A stretch of DNA of 32,000 nucleotides from Candidatus Altimarinota bacterium (GCA_041659405.1 JBAZYK010000003.1:90001-122000); one strand, 5' to 3'. Positions 17,272 to 27,933 are shown, counted from the first letter of the stretch. Notes: generated by a model not told the origin, from the letters alone. Translations and numbers: made by a program.

Positions 17272-18201
17272 TCAAACCTTCCCCAAAACCAGCGCCAAAA
17301 GCGCCATTCTAACCGCCACGCCGTTTCTAACCTGGCGGAAGTAAGCTGCGCCCGGCATATCATCCACATCCATCGAAATTTCGCCAACTCTTGGCAGCGG
17401 ATGCATAATCGTCATTTTTGGATTGTACTTTTCGATCAAAGCGCGCGTCAAAACGTAGTAATGCTTAAAGCGCTCATACTCGGCCAAATCGGCAAAACGC
17501 TCACGCTGAACACGAGTGTCATAAACAACCTGAGCCTGCTTTAAGGCCGGTTCAAGCTCTTCCATTTCCTCAAACGCGACCCCTTTTCCCTTCAAAGTCG
17601 CCTTGACCGTTTCCGGCATTTTTAGCGCTTCCGGAGAGACAAAAATCAACTTTACCTTATAGTGCGATAAAAGTTGCGACAAAGAATGCACCGTCCGGCC
17701 ATATTTCAAATCGCCAACCATCGCAATGGTCAGACCATCAATTTTGCCGCATTCCTTAGCGATTGTAAACATGTCCAAAAGTGCCTGGGTTGGATGTTCC
17801 CCCGCCCCATCACCGGCATTTATCACCGGCACCGAAGCGCTTTCCGCCAATTCAACCGCCGATCCTGTAGTTGGATGACGCATCACAATCACATCCGCAT
17901 AATTTTCCACAACTTTAGCGGTATCATACAAAGTTTCACCTTTAGCCAGGGACGAATTTTCCATTCCCACAGCAGTAATCACGCGCCCACCAAGCCGATT
18001 CATGGCTGTCTCAAAACTCAAACGAGTGCGAGTGCTCGGTTCATAAAAAAGCGCCGCCATAACTTTTCCCGCCAAAAGATCCGAAGTTTTCTCTTTCAAA
18101 GCAATCGGCAAGAACTTCTCGGCAACTTCAAGCACATGGTCAATTTCCGCACGAGAAAAACCTTCAGCCGAAAGAACATCGCTGCCAGTAAAATTTTTCA
18201 T
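17272..18201 (-). CDS. pyrB: aspartate carbamoyltransferase catalytic subunit; tracked ORF extends to 18342
   Basis: ALFYEPSTRTRLSFETAMNRLGG, SLAKGETLYDT, GDGAGEHPTQALLDMFTI, MVGDLKYGRTVHSL, MHPLPRVGEI. Confidence 0.94.
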   Translation of the reverse strand: MKNFTGSDVLSAEGFSRAEIDHVLEVAEKFLPIALKEKTSDLLAGKVMAALFYEPSTRTRLSFETAMNRLGGRVITAVGMENSSLAKGETLYDTAKVVENYADVIVMRHPTTGSAVELAESASVPVINAGDGAGEHPTQALLDMFTIAKECGKIDGLTIAMVGDLKYGRTVHSLSQLLSHYKVKLIFVSPEALKMPETVKATLKGKGVAFEEMEELEPALKQAQVVYDTRVQRERFADLAEYERFKHYYVLTRALIEKYNPKMTIMHPLPRVGEISMDVDDMPGAAYFRQVRNGVAVRMALLALVLGKV

Positions 18202-18349
18202 AAATTTGAAGTAAGATTCTATGAAACTTATACCTTTTTTTAGGAACAAAAAAAAGCTATTCTTGATTTGACTATAAGAAAAACTGTAAGAAAAAGGCAC
18301 TCGAGGGGTTATCCGTAATGGGAAAACCTCCCCAAAACTCACAAAAACG

Positions 18350-18377
18350 TTGACAAAAGACGGAAAAGTGATAAGAT
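18350..18377 (+). promoter_or_regulatory. sigma70-type promoter, TTGACA-N16-TAAGAT
   Basis: -35 at 18350-18355, -10 at 18372-18377, about 25 nt before the ATG at 18402. Confidence 0.5.
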
Positions 18378-18401
18378 AAGGCCTTCTTTATGTAAAAACT
18401 T

Positions 18402-21275
18402 ATGGCAGATACATTAAAACCTGACGATTTTGAACCTCAAGGACCGGAAACGGCTCCAGGGCAAAACGTGCCTACGCCTGAGTACTTGGAACAAAACTGG
18501 GACACACTTATTATAAAAGCTGAACTAAGAACTGATCAGATAACACATGAAGCATTAAGAAATGGAGTTGTGCAAACTCTAATTGAGCAGGGTTTCAATT
18601 TTGATCCTAATGATCAACAAAATGCCCAAATAGTGAATGATATTAATCAAAAAATCTGGAAAAGTGTTGAAAAATTAGCCAAAAAAACGATCAGAGGATT
18701 ATTCAATGGTTGGATAAAGGAGAGGAAGTTTAGAAGAAAAACCCCATCCAAAATAGCCAATATCATGGCTACAAGAGAAGCGCAACGCCGTCAAGACGTA
18801 GCCAGGGACATGGCTGAAAAAGGAGTTGCCGGAAGAAATATTTTGGATTATTTTATTGATGGCCAAAATGAGTTTATCGAAAAAGAATTCTGCAGACTGG
18901 CAAATAGTGGCACTGCAGGAATAATGAGTAATGAACCGACAGACCAAGCTAAAGTACCAAGCACAAATCAAGATAGAGGTTTAAATCTAAACCATCTTGT
19001 TAAAGGGTTTAAGCCCGAAGAAGGAACCCGAGTAAGAGCCGTTACTGCCGACCTTTTGCGAAAAAATCTTCCAACGGGGCGTCCCGCAGCCAGAAGAAAA
19101 GAAGATGACGCATATGTAAGTTTAAGTAGCGTTCCTGCAGCGTTAGCTCAAGCTGGAATATTACTAAACCAAGCTGCGCCTACTCAAGCGGAAACGGCTT
19201 CAAAACCAGCATCTATTCCACCAGCGGCTCCTCAAGCGGAAGCCCCTGTTAAACCTACCGCAGAAGAAGCTGCAATTTTAGTTGCCAAAGTTTTGGATAG
19301 ACCTAATTTAGTGACTCAAGCAAGAGTAGCCCCCATCCTTCCACCATCTGCCGCTCCGATCACTAGACCTATCGCCCCCGCCGCCCCTAGGGTTCCTGCC
19401 TTAAGTAGCGCAACTACGCAACGATTACCAATCATTACCTGGGAAAGAAGATTTGTAAGCAAAATGAATAATGCCTGGGAGAAAGTAACCTCAGCCGTTT
19501 CTTCAATGTTTCCTTCTGCTAAAACCATGAAAAGATTAGGAGGTGCCATGCTTGTAGCTGGAGCAGGTCTCGCAGTATATTCCGGATCTCAAACCACACA
19601 GACAAATTCCGAAACAACACCACAAAATTCTGCGGCAAGCACTCCGGGAAAACCGGAAGCCTTAACTGCTACAACCGCAACTACTTCAACAGCAAGCCCA
19701 AATACAACTGCCACAACTTCAGCAGAAGCAAAAGCTGTAGATGCCGGAACTCAAGCTGCACCACAAAATTACGCACCTGCCGCTCAAGCCAAAACGCCAG
19801 AACAGGCTCCAACAGGCTCAACTTTCACAATTGAAACCGATCCGGACAAAAATCCCGGCCTTGAAAAACTCACAAATGCAATCAAAGCTGCTCAAACAAT
19901 CGCAAAAGCAATCGCAAAAGTTGCCGCAAAAACAAGCACAATTTCATCCGATCGTGTTCAAATTTATAAAGCATTTCTGGAAAAAGCTGTCCAGGAATAT
20001 CCACAAGGAACCAATGGCACAGGCCATTATTTCGAAGACCATTTAAATGTTCTTAATAAATTGTTGGCCAAGAATCCAAATGCAACAGCCGCAGATCTGG
20101 AAAAAGCTTTTGAACATTCTTTAAATGATAGATTGCTTTTTGGGGCTATTATGGCTAAGACCGGCCCTTCCGCTCCAACCGATAAATTTCATTTTGATAC
20201 TACAACTGATCAAAATGGCGATATCCAGTTCAATGATCCAAGCAACCTTAAGAGCTTTAATGAAATTCGCAGAGGTAAACTTGCAATCGCCAAAACCCTG
20301 GAAGCAACAATTAAATATTTTGAAGAACACCCCTTCACATCTGATAATTTCAAAGTTTGCGCTCTGGAATTTATAGAACGCGCCAAAGAAATTCAACCGG
20401 GTTTGGATAAAGAGGCTGCCGAAGCCAAAGGTCAAATTTTTGACCCAAAGAAAAAATCTGGAGCAATTTACATACTTAAGAAATGGAAGGAAAATATTGA
20501 AGCAGGCAGCGACGCTAGAACTCCAATTCATGAATTGATGGGGAAAATCATCCAGGTTCAAGGAAAAACCACTCAACTTGAAACTGCGCCGGCGGATGAC
20601 ACAACTGCACCTACGTTTAACAACTTCAACGTCGCTCCTGAAAAACTTGGCATTTTGAAACCTGCCACTTTTGGCCCATGGCAAACAATTGCTGTTGATC
20701 CTGTACAGGTTGGAAAATCGGGACAATCAAAACAAGCTAATTCAAGCCTTAAACAACCTCAAGTTGAAAAACTGGCCCAACTCGAACGCGATTTACAAAT
20801 TATGCAGGATGGTTACCGCACTCCGGTCGACACAGTCCAAACCGCCGCAAGCTTTAAGGCGCTTGATGTGCTGGATAGAATGGTTGAAAAACGAGAAGCC
20901 GCTGGAATCAAACAGGCAACAGCGGAAGAACTCATGCAGGCCAAAATCAACGCAATCACAGAAGATGAATTGAGTAAACCGGCCAAAACCGCGGAACAAC
21001 TCATGCAGGCCAGAATCAATGAAATTACCAAACATGAATTGGGCAAGCCAGCCAAAACAGCGGAACAACTCATGCAGGCCAGAATCGATGCAATCACCAA
21101 AGATGAATTGGGCAAGCCAGCCAAAACAGCGGAACAACTCATGCAAGCCAAAATCGACGCAATCACCAAAGATGAATTAAGCAAACCGGTTGCCGCTGAA
21201 AAAGCCGCAACTCCGGCTACTCAAGAACTTTCTCAAGACGAACAACTCGCTGCGATTGATGCGAATTGGGCATAA
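18402..21275 (+). CDS. large hypothetical protein (957 aa), Ala/Pro/Thr-rich with one internal hydrophobic segment and C-terminal tandem repeats
   Basis: Long open frame with promoter; hydrophobic GGAMLVAGAGLAVYSG segment; low-complexity linkers; four 23-aa repeats. Confidence 0.85.
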   Translation: MADTLKPDDFEPQGPETAPGQNVPTPEYLEQNWDTLIIKAELRTDQITHEALRNGVVQTLIEQGFNFDPNDQQNAQIVNDINQKIWKSVEKLAKKTIRGLFNGWIKERKFRRKTPSKIANIMATREAQRRQDVARDMAEKGVAGRNILDYFIDGQNEFIEKEFCRLANSGTAGIMSNEPTDQAKVPSTNQDRGLNLNHLVKGFKPEEGTRVRAVTADLLRKNLPTGRPAARRKEDDAYVSLSSVPAALAQAGILLNQAAPTQAETASKPASIPPAAPQAEAPVKPTAEEAAILVAKVLDRPNLVTQARVAPILPPSAAPITRPIAPAAPRVPALSSATTQRLPIITWERRFVSKMNNAWEKVTSAVSSMFPSAKTMKRLGGAMLVAGAGLAVYSGSQTTQTNSETTPQNSAASTPGKPEALTATTATTSTASPNTTATTSAEAKAVDAGTQAAPQNYAPAAQAKTPEQAPTGSTFTIETDPDKNPGLEKLTNAIKAAQTIAKAIAKVAAKTSTISSDRVQIYKAFLEKAVQEYPQGTNGTGHYFEDHLNVLNKLLAKNPNATAADLEKAFEHSLNDRLLFGAIMAKTGPSAPTDKFHFDTTTDQNGDIQFNDPSNLKSFNEIRRGKLAIAKTLEATIKYFEEHPFTSDNFKVCALEFIERAKEIQPGLDKEAAEAKGQIFDPKKKSGAIYILKKWKENIEAGSDARTPIHELMGKIIQVQGKTTQLETAPADDTTAPTFNNFNVAPEKLGILKPATFGPWQTIAVDPVQVGKSGQSKQANSSLKQPQVEKLAQLERDLQIMQDGYRTPVDTVQTAASFKALDVLDRMVEKREAAGIKQATAEELMQAKINAITEDELSKPAKTAEQLMQARINEITKHELGKPAKTAEQLMQARIDAITKDELGKPAKTAEQLMQAKIDAITKDELSKPVAAEKAATPATQELSQDEQLAAIDANWA
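20919..21194 (+). repeat. four tandem 69-nt (23-aa) units
   Basis: Units start at 20919, 20988, 21057 and 21126; each encodes approximately TAEQLMQAKIDAITKDELGKPAK. Confidence 0.95.
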
Positions 21276-21391
21276 ATCTGGAAAATTTCACGTTCGCTAG
21301 CACAAGCCAAAAATAGACCATAAAATCCGGGACATCCCGGATTTTTGAGTTATGCAATGAAGATTAAACTTTGGCAAATGGAATAGAACCA

Positions 21392-21853
21392 CTAACGCAT
21401 AGCAGTCGAATATTCCATCAGCATTATGGGGAGTTTTTGGCCGTTTCGTTCTATCATTTTTTCACCAATTTCAATGAATCCATATTTTTTGTAAAAAGAC
21501 ACGGCATTCAGACTTGCTTCCACTTTAATTGCAGGAGCATTTTCCTTTTTTGCCATTTCAAGGCCATGCTGCAAAAGTGATTTGCCAAGACCTTTTTTGT
21601 GAAATTCGGGATCCACGAATATAGCCACGATTTCCCCAGGCACAGCATGTCCAAATCCCCTAATTTTACCTTCGATTTCTTCAACATACATTTCACCATT
21701 TTTGATACCTTCCAAATACCCTTCCGGCGTCCTGTTTTTCAGCCAGCCATCTATTTGGATTTCGGTATAAAAACCTACACACGCCTCTCTCACGGCGCGC
21801 GTGTGTATGCCATGTATCCCTTTTGCATCTGATTCTATTGCCTTTCTGATCAT
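21392..21853 (-). CDS. GNAT-family N-acetyltransferase
   Basis: MIRKAIESDAKGIHGIHTRAV, VAIFVDPEFHKKGLGKSLLQHGLEMAKKE, LNAVSFYKKYGFIEIGE. Confidence 0.92.
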   Translation of the reverse strand: MIRKAIESDAKGIHGIHTRAVREACVGFYTEIQIDGWLKNRTPEGYLEGIKNGEMYVEEIEGKIRGFGHAVPGEIVAIFVDPEFHKKGLGKSLLQHGLEMAKKENAPAIKVEASLNAVSFYKKYGFIEIGEKMIERNGQKLPIMLMEYSTAMR

Positions 21854-21879
21854 GGAAATTTAGTTAACCACCGCCCCCC

Positions 21880-24504
21880 CTACAACGGCATCGGCTTTGG
21901 CAAATCACCGCCCAAATCCTGCAAAAGCAGACTTCCAACATCATGCAGATCACTCAAAGCGTTGGCTTTTACCATTGTCCCAGAAACCGTATACAGATTT
22001 TCGCCGATGTACAGCAAACGTCTAACAATATCGTCCGGATGCGCGATTTTACCCTGCAGTTTAAAGCCGTCCGTCAGCCCAACCTTATAAACATAAGCCC
22101 CCTGGAAGGCCAAACTGGAGCTATCGCCGGTGCCTTCATAAACCGAAATGGGGAAAGCCAAAAGCCCCTTCGCCTTATCAAACAACAAAGCCCTGTGATC
22201 ACTCAAAAGCTCGCTATCGGTCCCACGCGCGCCAATCACCTGCGTAAACATTTCTTTTGGCTGATTCACATTCGTCACATCAAAAAGTCCCAGTTTCATG
22301 CCCTGCACAGCGGTATAATAAACCGCACTTGGACTATGAACTTTATCCGCGTCGATACTTTCATCCACCATTTTTCCAAAACCAATCAAATGAGTTGCGT
22401 CATAAGGATGCAAATAATTGCTGTAACCCGGAATCTTCAATTCTCCCAAAATTTTTGGCGCAGTTGGAACCGACAAATCAATCACAAACAGCGGATCAAT
22501 CTGCTTGAAAGTCACAAGATAACCACGATTTCCCACAAATCGCGCCGAAAAAATACTTTCCCCCGGAGCGATATTGGAAACCGCACCAATTTGCTTCATC
22601 GCAGAATTCAAAACAAAAACATTGTTGCTGGTTTTTGGCTCCATTGGAGCAATCGGCGCAATCATCACACCGCCCGAAACACTAACATCAGTCGCCGGTG
22701 CCATCATTGGCAAAGGACCAGCATTATATTCCGTTTGAGTCGTCGCAATTCGCACATTTCCACTCGCCTCTTCATCCATACTAAACTGGTTCAAAACCGT
22801 TCCTTTTACGCTACCCGAAGCCACAAATTTGATCGTGCCATCGCCAAGCGCAAATTTATACAAACCGGTCATTTGCGTTCCACCATTATAATAGCCGCCA
22901 CGCCAGTCTGTTGCCGCCACATACAAATTGCCGGTTGAAGCATAAACATTATCCACACTGCCAACCACTACCTCACGCTGAACGTCTTTTGTCGCACTAT
23001 CAAGCGGAATCGCAGCCGTAATCAAGAAATTATAAGAAGAAGGTTTTGGGAAAATTCTGATCCCCGAACAAGGCACAATCAATTCCTCTTTCCCATTTTT
23101 TGAATCAGTCATTTTTGGCAAGAAACTTTCCGGATTAAGTTCACTTTCCGTACGTTCCTGCTGATAATAATATGGAAAAGAAGGATAGTCGTTCATCACC
23201 ATGTAAACGGTAGAACCAATACGACGAGAAGTATTGTAATTGCCGTCAAATTCCACAGTTCGCCCAATCACCGGTTTAGAATGATCCGTAACATCAACAA
23301 TCACCACTTTTGTACGATTTGAAGAGCGATAATACGGCATCATTGAAGGCGCCATTATGCCCTGATCAACCGGCTCAATGGTCTTCGTCATCGGATACAT
23401 CATCCCACCGGAACTTCCAACAATCACCAGATTATTTCCGGAAAGATACATTTCCTTTGGATAAAAATTGCCGGAACTATCCACAACAATAGAAGCCAAT
23501 TCCTTCATTGGACTTGCCGGATAAGCATCTACAATACGAACTGTTTGACCTTTAACCGTGTAAATATACTTACCATCATTTTTCACGATATCGGCCTCAT
23601 CCACACCTACAACCTGGACATTGGTTGTGGAATGGTCAACAGAACCAACCGTTGAGCCGGAAGAATCCGCAGGCGCCGGAGCCGCAGTTGGAGCCATTTC
23701 CGCACTCTTCACTGCATCTTGTAACATCATCGGAACCCCGTAGCCACCACCATAAATTCCACCACTGCCCTTCATCCCATCCGCATATCTATTTTGAAAA
23801 TCCACGCAAGAAGACGCTGTTACCAACCCATCACCATTAATTTCCGCAAAATTGCGTGAAGCTTTATCGGTAACGTTATCATGAATTCTCCAAACCATTT
23901 CCGCAGTTTCGCCACGTTTCACATTTTGATCAAAATATTCAACAGTTAAAGGAATATCTTTTTTTGCCGCCAAAGCATCCACAAATTGTTTAAACCAAAG
24001 TTTGGCATCTGGCTGACCTTTGCTCAAATTGTAAGCATTTGTAATGATTTTTGAAGCCTCCGAAAATTTAATTTTATCGGCAGGATTAAAAACTTTGCCG
24101 GTACCAACTCCACTAACAATCCCCTTGGCCTTCGCCGCGCAAATATAAGGCGCAAACCATTCGGTATGAACATCATCAAAACAATTTTGCATGGCAGGAT
24201 TTTGAAGAGCCGCAGCCAAATCAGCAGGCGTAGGACCAACAATCGGCGCCATCAAAAGTTTCATAAATTCCGCGCGATTCATTTCCTGATCAGGTTTATA
24301 AGTTCCATCCGCATAACCCTGAATTATCCCATCAGTCTGCAATTTTTGAATAGCTGTTGAGTCAGTTCGATCAACAGTCACATCAGAAAAAATTGAAGGG
24401 GCGGTCTGCGCCTTAACCAAAGCAATTTTCATCGCCGGCTGAATACCAAAAGACGAAATCACCAATGAAAACAACACCAATAACGGAAGAAAAGTTTTTT
24501 TCAT
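21880..24504 (-). CDS. secreted protein with N-terminal S-layer homology-like domains and C-terminal beta-propeller domain; tracked ORF extends to 24609
   Basis: Signal peptide MKKTFLPLLVLFSLVISSFG; SLH-like LQTDGIIQGYADGTYKPDQEMNRAEFMKLL; TTNVQVVGVDEADIVKNDGKYIYTVKGQTVRIVDAYP typical of the C-terminal beta-propeller family. Confidence 0.88.
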   Translation of the reverse strand: MKKTFLPLLVLFSLVISSFGIQPAMKIALVKAQTAPSIFSDVTVDRTDSTAIQKLQTDGIIQGYADGTYKPDQEMNRAEFMKLLMAPIVGPTPADLAAALQNPAMQNCFDDVHTEWFAPYICAAKAKGIVSGVGTGKVFNPADKIKFSEASKIITNAYNLSKGQPDAKLWFKQFVDALAAKKDIPLTVEYFDQNVKRGETAEMVWRIHDNVTDKASRNFAEINGDGLVTASSCVDFQNRYADGMKGSGGIYGGGYGVPMMLQDAVKSAEMAPTAAPAPADSSGSTVGSVDHSTTNVQVVGVDEADIVKNDGKYIYTVKGQTVRIVDAYPASPMKELASIVVDSSGNFYPKEMYLSGNNLVIVGSSGGMMYPMTKTIEPVDQGIMAPSMMPYYRSSNRTKVVIVDVTDHSKPVIGRTVEFDGNYNTSRRIGSTVYMVMNDYPSFPYYYQQERTESELNPESFLPKMTDSKNGKEELIVPCSGIRIFPKPSSYNFLITAAIPLDSATKDVQREVVVGSVDNVYASTGNLYVAATDWRGGYYNGGTQMTGLYKFALGDGTIKFVASGSVKGTVLNQFSMDEEASGNVRIATTQTEYNAGPLPMMAPATDVSVSGGVMIAPIAPMEPKTSNNVFVLNSAMKQIGAVSNIAPGESIFSARFVGNRGYLVTFKQIDPLFVIDLSVPTAPKILGELKIPGYSNYLHPYDATHLIGFGKMVDESIDADKVHSPSAVYYTAVQGMKLGLFDVTNVNQPKEMFTQVIGARGTDSELLSDHRALLFDKAKGLLAFPISVYEGTGDSSSLAFQGAYVYKVGLTDGFKLQGKIAHPDDIVRRLLYIGENLYTVSGTMVKANALSDLHDVGSLLLQDLGGDLPKPMPL

Positions 24505-24669
24505 AAATAAAATTAAGAATGCACTCAGTATAATACGCCAAATGAAAAATATTACACCAAAACTTCTCATTTCCAGAGGCCATCCTTTAGAGCTCACCCC
24601 CAATTTCAAGTTCCCTCTTGACTTGGCGCAAATGCATCGCTATAGTAGAAAAAACTTCAGTTACCTCTC

Positions 24670-25737
24670 ATGAAAAAAGGCAAACTTGTCCTAAAAGACG
24701 GCCATATTTTCCAAGGATATGTCTTCGGTGCAGAAAAACCGACGGCAGGAGAAGTCGTTTTTTCAACGGGCATGGTTGGCTATCCGGAGAGCCTTACCGA
24801 TCCTTCTTTTGAAGGGCAGATTTTGACCTTCACTTTCCCGCTTATCGGCAATTATGGTGTCCCTGCGGAAAATTTGGATAAACATCAAATCAGCACCGTT
24901 TTTGAAAGTTCCCGCATCCACGCGCGCGGAATTGTGGTCAGCGAATATTCGGAAAATTACAGCCATTGGAATGCCAAAGAAAGCCTTAGCGATTGGCTTA
25001 AAGCTCAGGGAATTACCGGCATTACAGGAATAGACACCCGCATGCTCACCCAAATTTTGCGTGAAAAAGGCTGCATGCTGGGCAAAATCACTGTAGAAGA
25101 TCAGGAATCACCAGACTACAACCCAAACAATTACAATATTGTTGAGGATGTCAGCCCTAAAAAGCCAACACTGTATAAAGCCGGCCCCAAGAAAATCATC
25201 ATGCTGGATTGTGGCGTAAAAAATAATACCATTCACAATTTTTTGGATCGCAACATTTCGGTTTTGCGTGTGCCTTTTGATTATGATTTTTTTGGAGCGA
25301 ACGAAGCCTTTGACGGCGTGTTTATCAGCAATGGCCCGGGCGATCCGGCTCAGTGCTTACAAACAATCAACCTCATCAAAAAGTCGATGGAAAAGAAAAT
25401 CCCGACCTTTGGAATTTGCCTTGGAAATCAGCTAATGGGCCTTGCCGCCGGTGGAAAAACCTACAAATTAAAATACGGCCACCGCGCCCAAAATCAGCCC
25501 TGCATAGACACAGAAACCGGCCGCTGCTACATGACTTCACAAAATCACGGATTCGCAATTGACGGCAGCTCTCTACCCAAAGACTGGAAAGTCTGGTTTG
25601 AACACGCCAACGACAACAGCGTTGAAGGAATCAAACATACAAAACTCCCCTTCTTCGCCGTACAATTTCATCCGGAAGCCGCACCGGGACCTGTAGACAC
25701 CGAAAGCCTTTTCGACAAATTTGTGAAGCTACTTTAA
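24670..25737 (+). CDS. carA: carbamoyl-phosphate synthase small (glutaminase) subunit
   Basis: LKDGHIFQGYVFGAEKPTAGEVVFSTGMVGYPESLTDPSFEGQIL, GVDTR-like GIDTRMLTQ, SNGPGDPA, PTFGICLGNQLM, MTSQNHGFAID, AVQFHPEAAPGP. Confidence 0.95.
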   Translation: MKKGKLVLKDGHIFQGYVFGAEKPTAGEVVFSTGMVGYPESLTDPSFEGQILTFTFPLIGNYGVPAENLDKHQISTVFESSRIHARGIVVSEYSENYSHWNAKESLSDWLKAQGITGITGIDTRMLTQILREKGCMLGKITVEDQESPDYNPNNYNIVEDVSPKKPTLYKAGPKKIIMLDCGVKNNTIHNFLDRNISVLRVPFDYDFFGANEAFDGVFISNGPGDPAQCLQTINLIKKSMEKKIPTFGICLGNQLMGLAAGGKTYKLKYGHRAQNQPCIDTETGRCYMTSQNHGFAIDGSSLPKDWKVWFEHANDNSVEGIKHTKLPFFAVQFHPEAAPGPVDTESLFDKFVKLL

Positions 25738-25782
25738 ACTATTTTCTATACATTAAATTTATTAACCACCCCTCCCCCCCCC

Positions 25783-27933
25783 ATGAAAAAAACAATCAGC
25801 ATGGTAATTATTTTATTAGGAATATTTACCTCAACCGTAGTTGTTCAAGCCCAAAACACCAGCATTGACGCCACCAGGGCCATCCCTAAAAATGTGGATA
25901 TCTATTTTTCTTTGGACACCACCGTTGCCAATCCACTCAGCAGCTTCATGCCTCAAATTGGTGAAGAAATGACTTTCATGATGACCGAAACCGGCGCATC
26001 AGCTACACAAACGCAAGCCATCAATACTCTCAAACCAAAACTGCTCAACAATCACTACGGAGTCGCTTTAAGAATGAATAAAACCGAGACCGCTCCTGCG
26101 GCGGCGAGTGATGCAGCCACCTCGGAAAGCTTTGTCACTTTGCATCTTTCCAGCACCGACTTTACCACGTTAACTACGGCTCTCGGCAATCCTCAAACAG
26201 AAACTTATAATGGCACAACCATCTATTATAACGATATCGCTTCCGTTGCCCTTTTGGGTAGCGACCTGGTGATCATGAATACCAATAAAGCAGGTTTGCA
26301 CGAAATGATTGACGATTATACTTCCGGCAACAATCTTCAAAACAATGCCAACTTCAGTGCAACCAAAGCCAAATTTTTACCATCCAGTTTTGCTGAATTA
26401 TACTTAAATCCGGCCACCACAGATCAACTCATGACCACCCAGTTTGGCATGGACGACACCGCTACTGTCAAAAACATTCTTCAAACTTTAACCAGTATGG
26501 GAGTTTCGGCGGCTCAAGGAAACAATAATATCCAAATCAGCTACTTCCTTAAAAGCGACAGTGCTAAACTGGCAGCTCTTAATTTGGCGCTAAACAATAA
26601 CTTTATCCCGGCAATTTATAAAAACATCGTTACCAAAAACATCCTTTTATACGTCGAACAAAACAATCTCCAAAAAACGATCCAGGACATTTTAACAATG
26701 GCTGGCGAATCGACCCAATTAGACAGCATTTCCACCGAGTTTCAAACCAACACCGGCTTAAATCTGCAAAATGACGTCTTGGCCGTATTAAACAATAAAT
26801 TTGCAATTTCCATCCACTCACAAGATAGCCAATATCCGGCCATCAGTCTGATTTTTGATGTTAAAAACAACCTCACCAAAGCTAACAACATCGTTACCAA
26901 ATTAAAAGATTACGCCTCCAAACAACCCGAAACTACCGTAACTACAACCACAATCAACGGCGCAACCTTTTACCAAGTTGGGGACACTTCAACTAAAATT
27001 TCCATGGGCGTCAGTGCCGATGGTTACCTTGTTTTAACAAACGGCAACGTCACGGATGTTCTTAACTCCAACGGAGCTTTATCCACAGACTCAACTTTCA
27101 CCGGCACAATGGGCCAACTCAATGATTCTTCCATCAATCAAATCAACTTCATCAATATCGACAATCTCCACTCCATAGCCAGTGGGCTTTTAAACATGAT
27201 GACAAGCGATCAAGATGGCAAAGATGCCATCAACGGCCTGCTTATACCATGGCACAGCATTGGCGTAAAAAGCAATAACAATAGCGACTCTCTTTGGGGC
27301 ACGATCAGTTTGAGTGTTGATCTAAACGGCTTTGCTCAATATCCGGCGCTAATCACCAAATTAATGACCAGCGAACTCGTTAATCCACCAAGACATTTCT
27401 GTGATGTAAAATCTTCGGATTGGTTCACTACACACGTCAACTCTTTAAGCAAAAAAGGCTACATCACAGGTTACTCCGATGGCTGTTTTCATCCGGGAAG
27501 CAACATTTCCCGTGCGGAATTTGTAACTCTACTCATGAAGGCAATGCCTTCTTTAACCTACCACGACGATCGCGCCAAACAATTTAAAGACGTTGCCAAC
27601 GGTGCTTGGTATAAAGATTATGTTGATTTGGCAGTCGAAAACGGGATCATTAAGGGATATGCCGACAATAGTTTCCATCCAAACGCTCCAATCGCCCGCG
27701 CTGAAGCAATTCAAATTTTGATGAACGTGGCAGCACAATTTCACCTGCTTGAGGATGCCAATTTAGCAACAGTATCTTTCCAAGACCTCAAAAAGTCCGA
27801 CTGGTACTTTAATGCAGTCCGGGATGCTCTAACACTCTCAATCATTTCCCCTTCCACCCGCTTCAATCCACGCTCCAGCTTGAATCGAGCCGAAGCAGCC
27901 AAGATTATCGACCTCTTCTTGCAACATCTTTAA
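25783..27933 (+). CDS. secreted/surface protein with three C-terminal S-layer homology domains
   Basis: Signal peptide MKKTISMVIILLGIFTSTVVVQAQ; SLH repeats DWFTTHVNSLSKKGYITGYSDGCFHPGSNISRAEFV, AWYKDYVDLAVENGIIKGYADNSFHPNAPIARAEA, DWYFNAVRDALTLSIISPSTRFNPRSSLNRAEA. Confidence 0.9.
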   Translation: MKKTISMVIILLGIFTSTVVVQAQNTSIDATRAIPKNVDIYFSLDTTVANPLSSFMPQIGEEMTFMMTETGASATQTQAINTLKPKLLNNHYGVALRMNKTETAPAAASDAATSESFVTLHLSSTDFTTLTTALGNPQTETYNGTTIYYNDIASVALLGSDLVIMNTNKAGLHEMIDDYTSGNNLQNNANFSATKAKFLPSSFAELYLNPATTDQLMTTQFGMDDTATVKNILQTLTSMGVSAAQGNNNIQISYFLKSDSAKLAALNLALNNNFIPAIYKNIVTKNILLYVEQNNLQKTIQDILTMAGESTQLDSISTEFQTNTGLNLQNDVLAVLNNKFAISIHSQDSQYPAISLIFDVKNNLTKANNIVTKLKDYASKQPETTVTTTTINGATFYQVGDTSTKISMGVSADGYLVLTNGNVTDVLNSNGALSTDSTFTGTMGQLNDSSINQINFINIDNLHSIASGLLNMMTSDQDGKDAINGLLIPWHSIGVKSNNNSDSLWGTISLSVDLNGFAQYPALITKLMTSELVNPPRHFCDVKSSDWFTTHVNSLSKKGYITGYSDGCFHPGSNISRAEFVTLLMKAMPSLTYHDDRAKQFKDVANGAWYKDYVDLAVENGIIKGYADNSFHPNAPIARAEAIQILMNVAAQFHLLEDANLATVSFQDLKKSDWYFNAVRDALTLSIISPSTRFNPRSSLNRAEAAKIIDLFLQHL

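Noticed and set aside
19316-21184. Multiple minus-strand and alternate-frame ORFs across the 957-aa gene, including repeat-derived ones
   Set aside because: Shadow frames of a long coding sequence and its 69-nt repeats.
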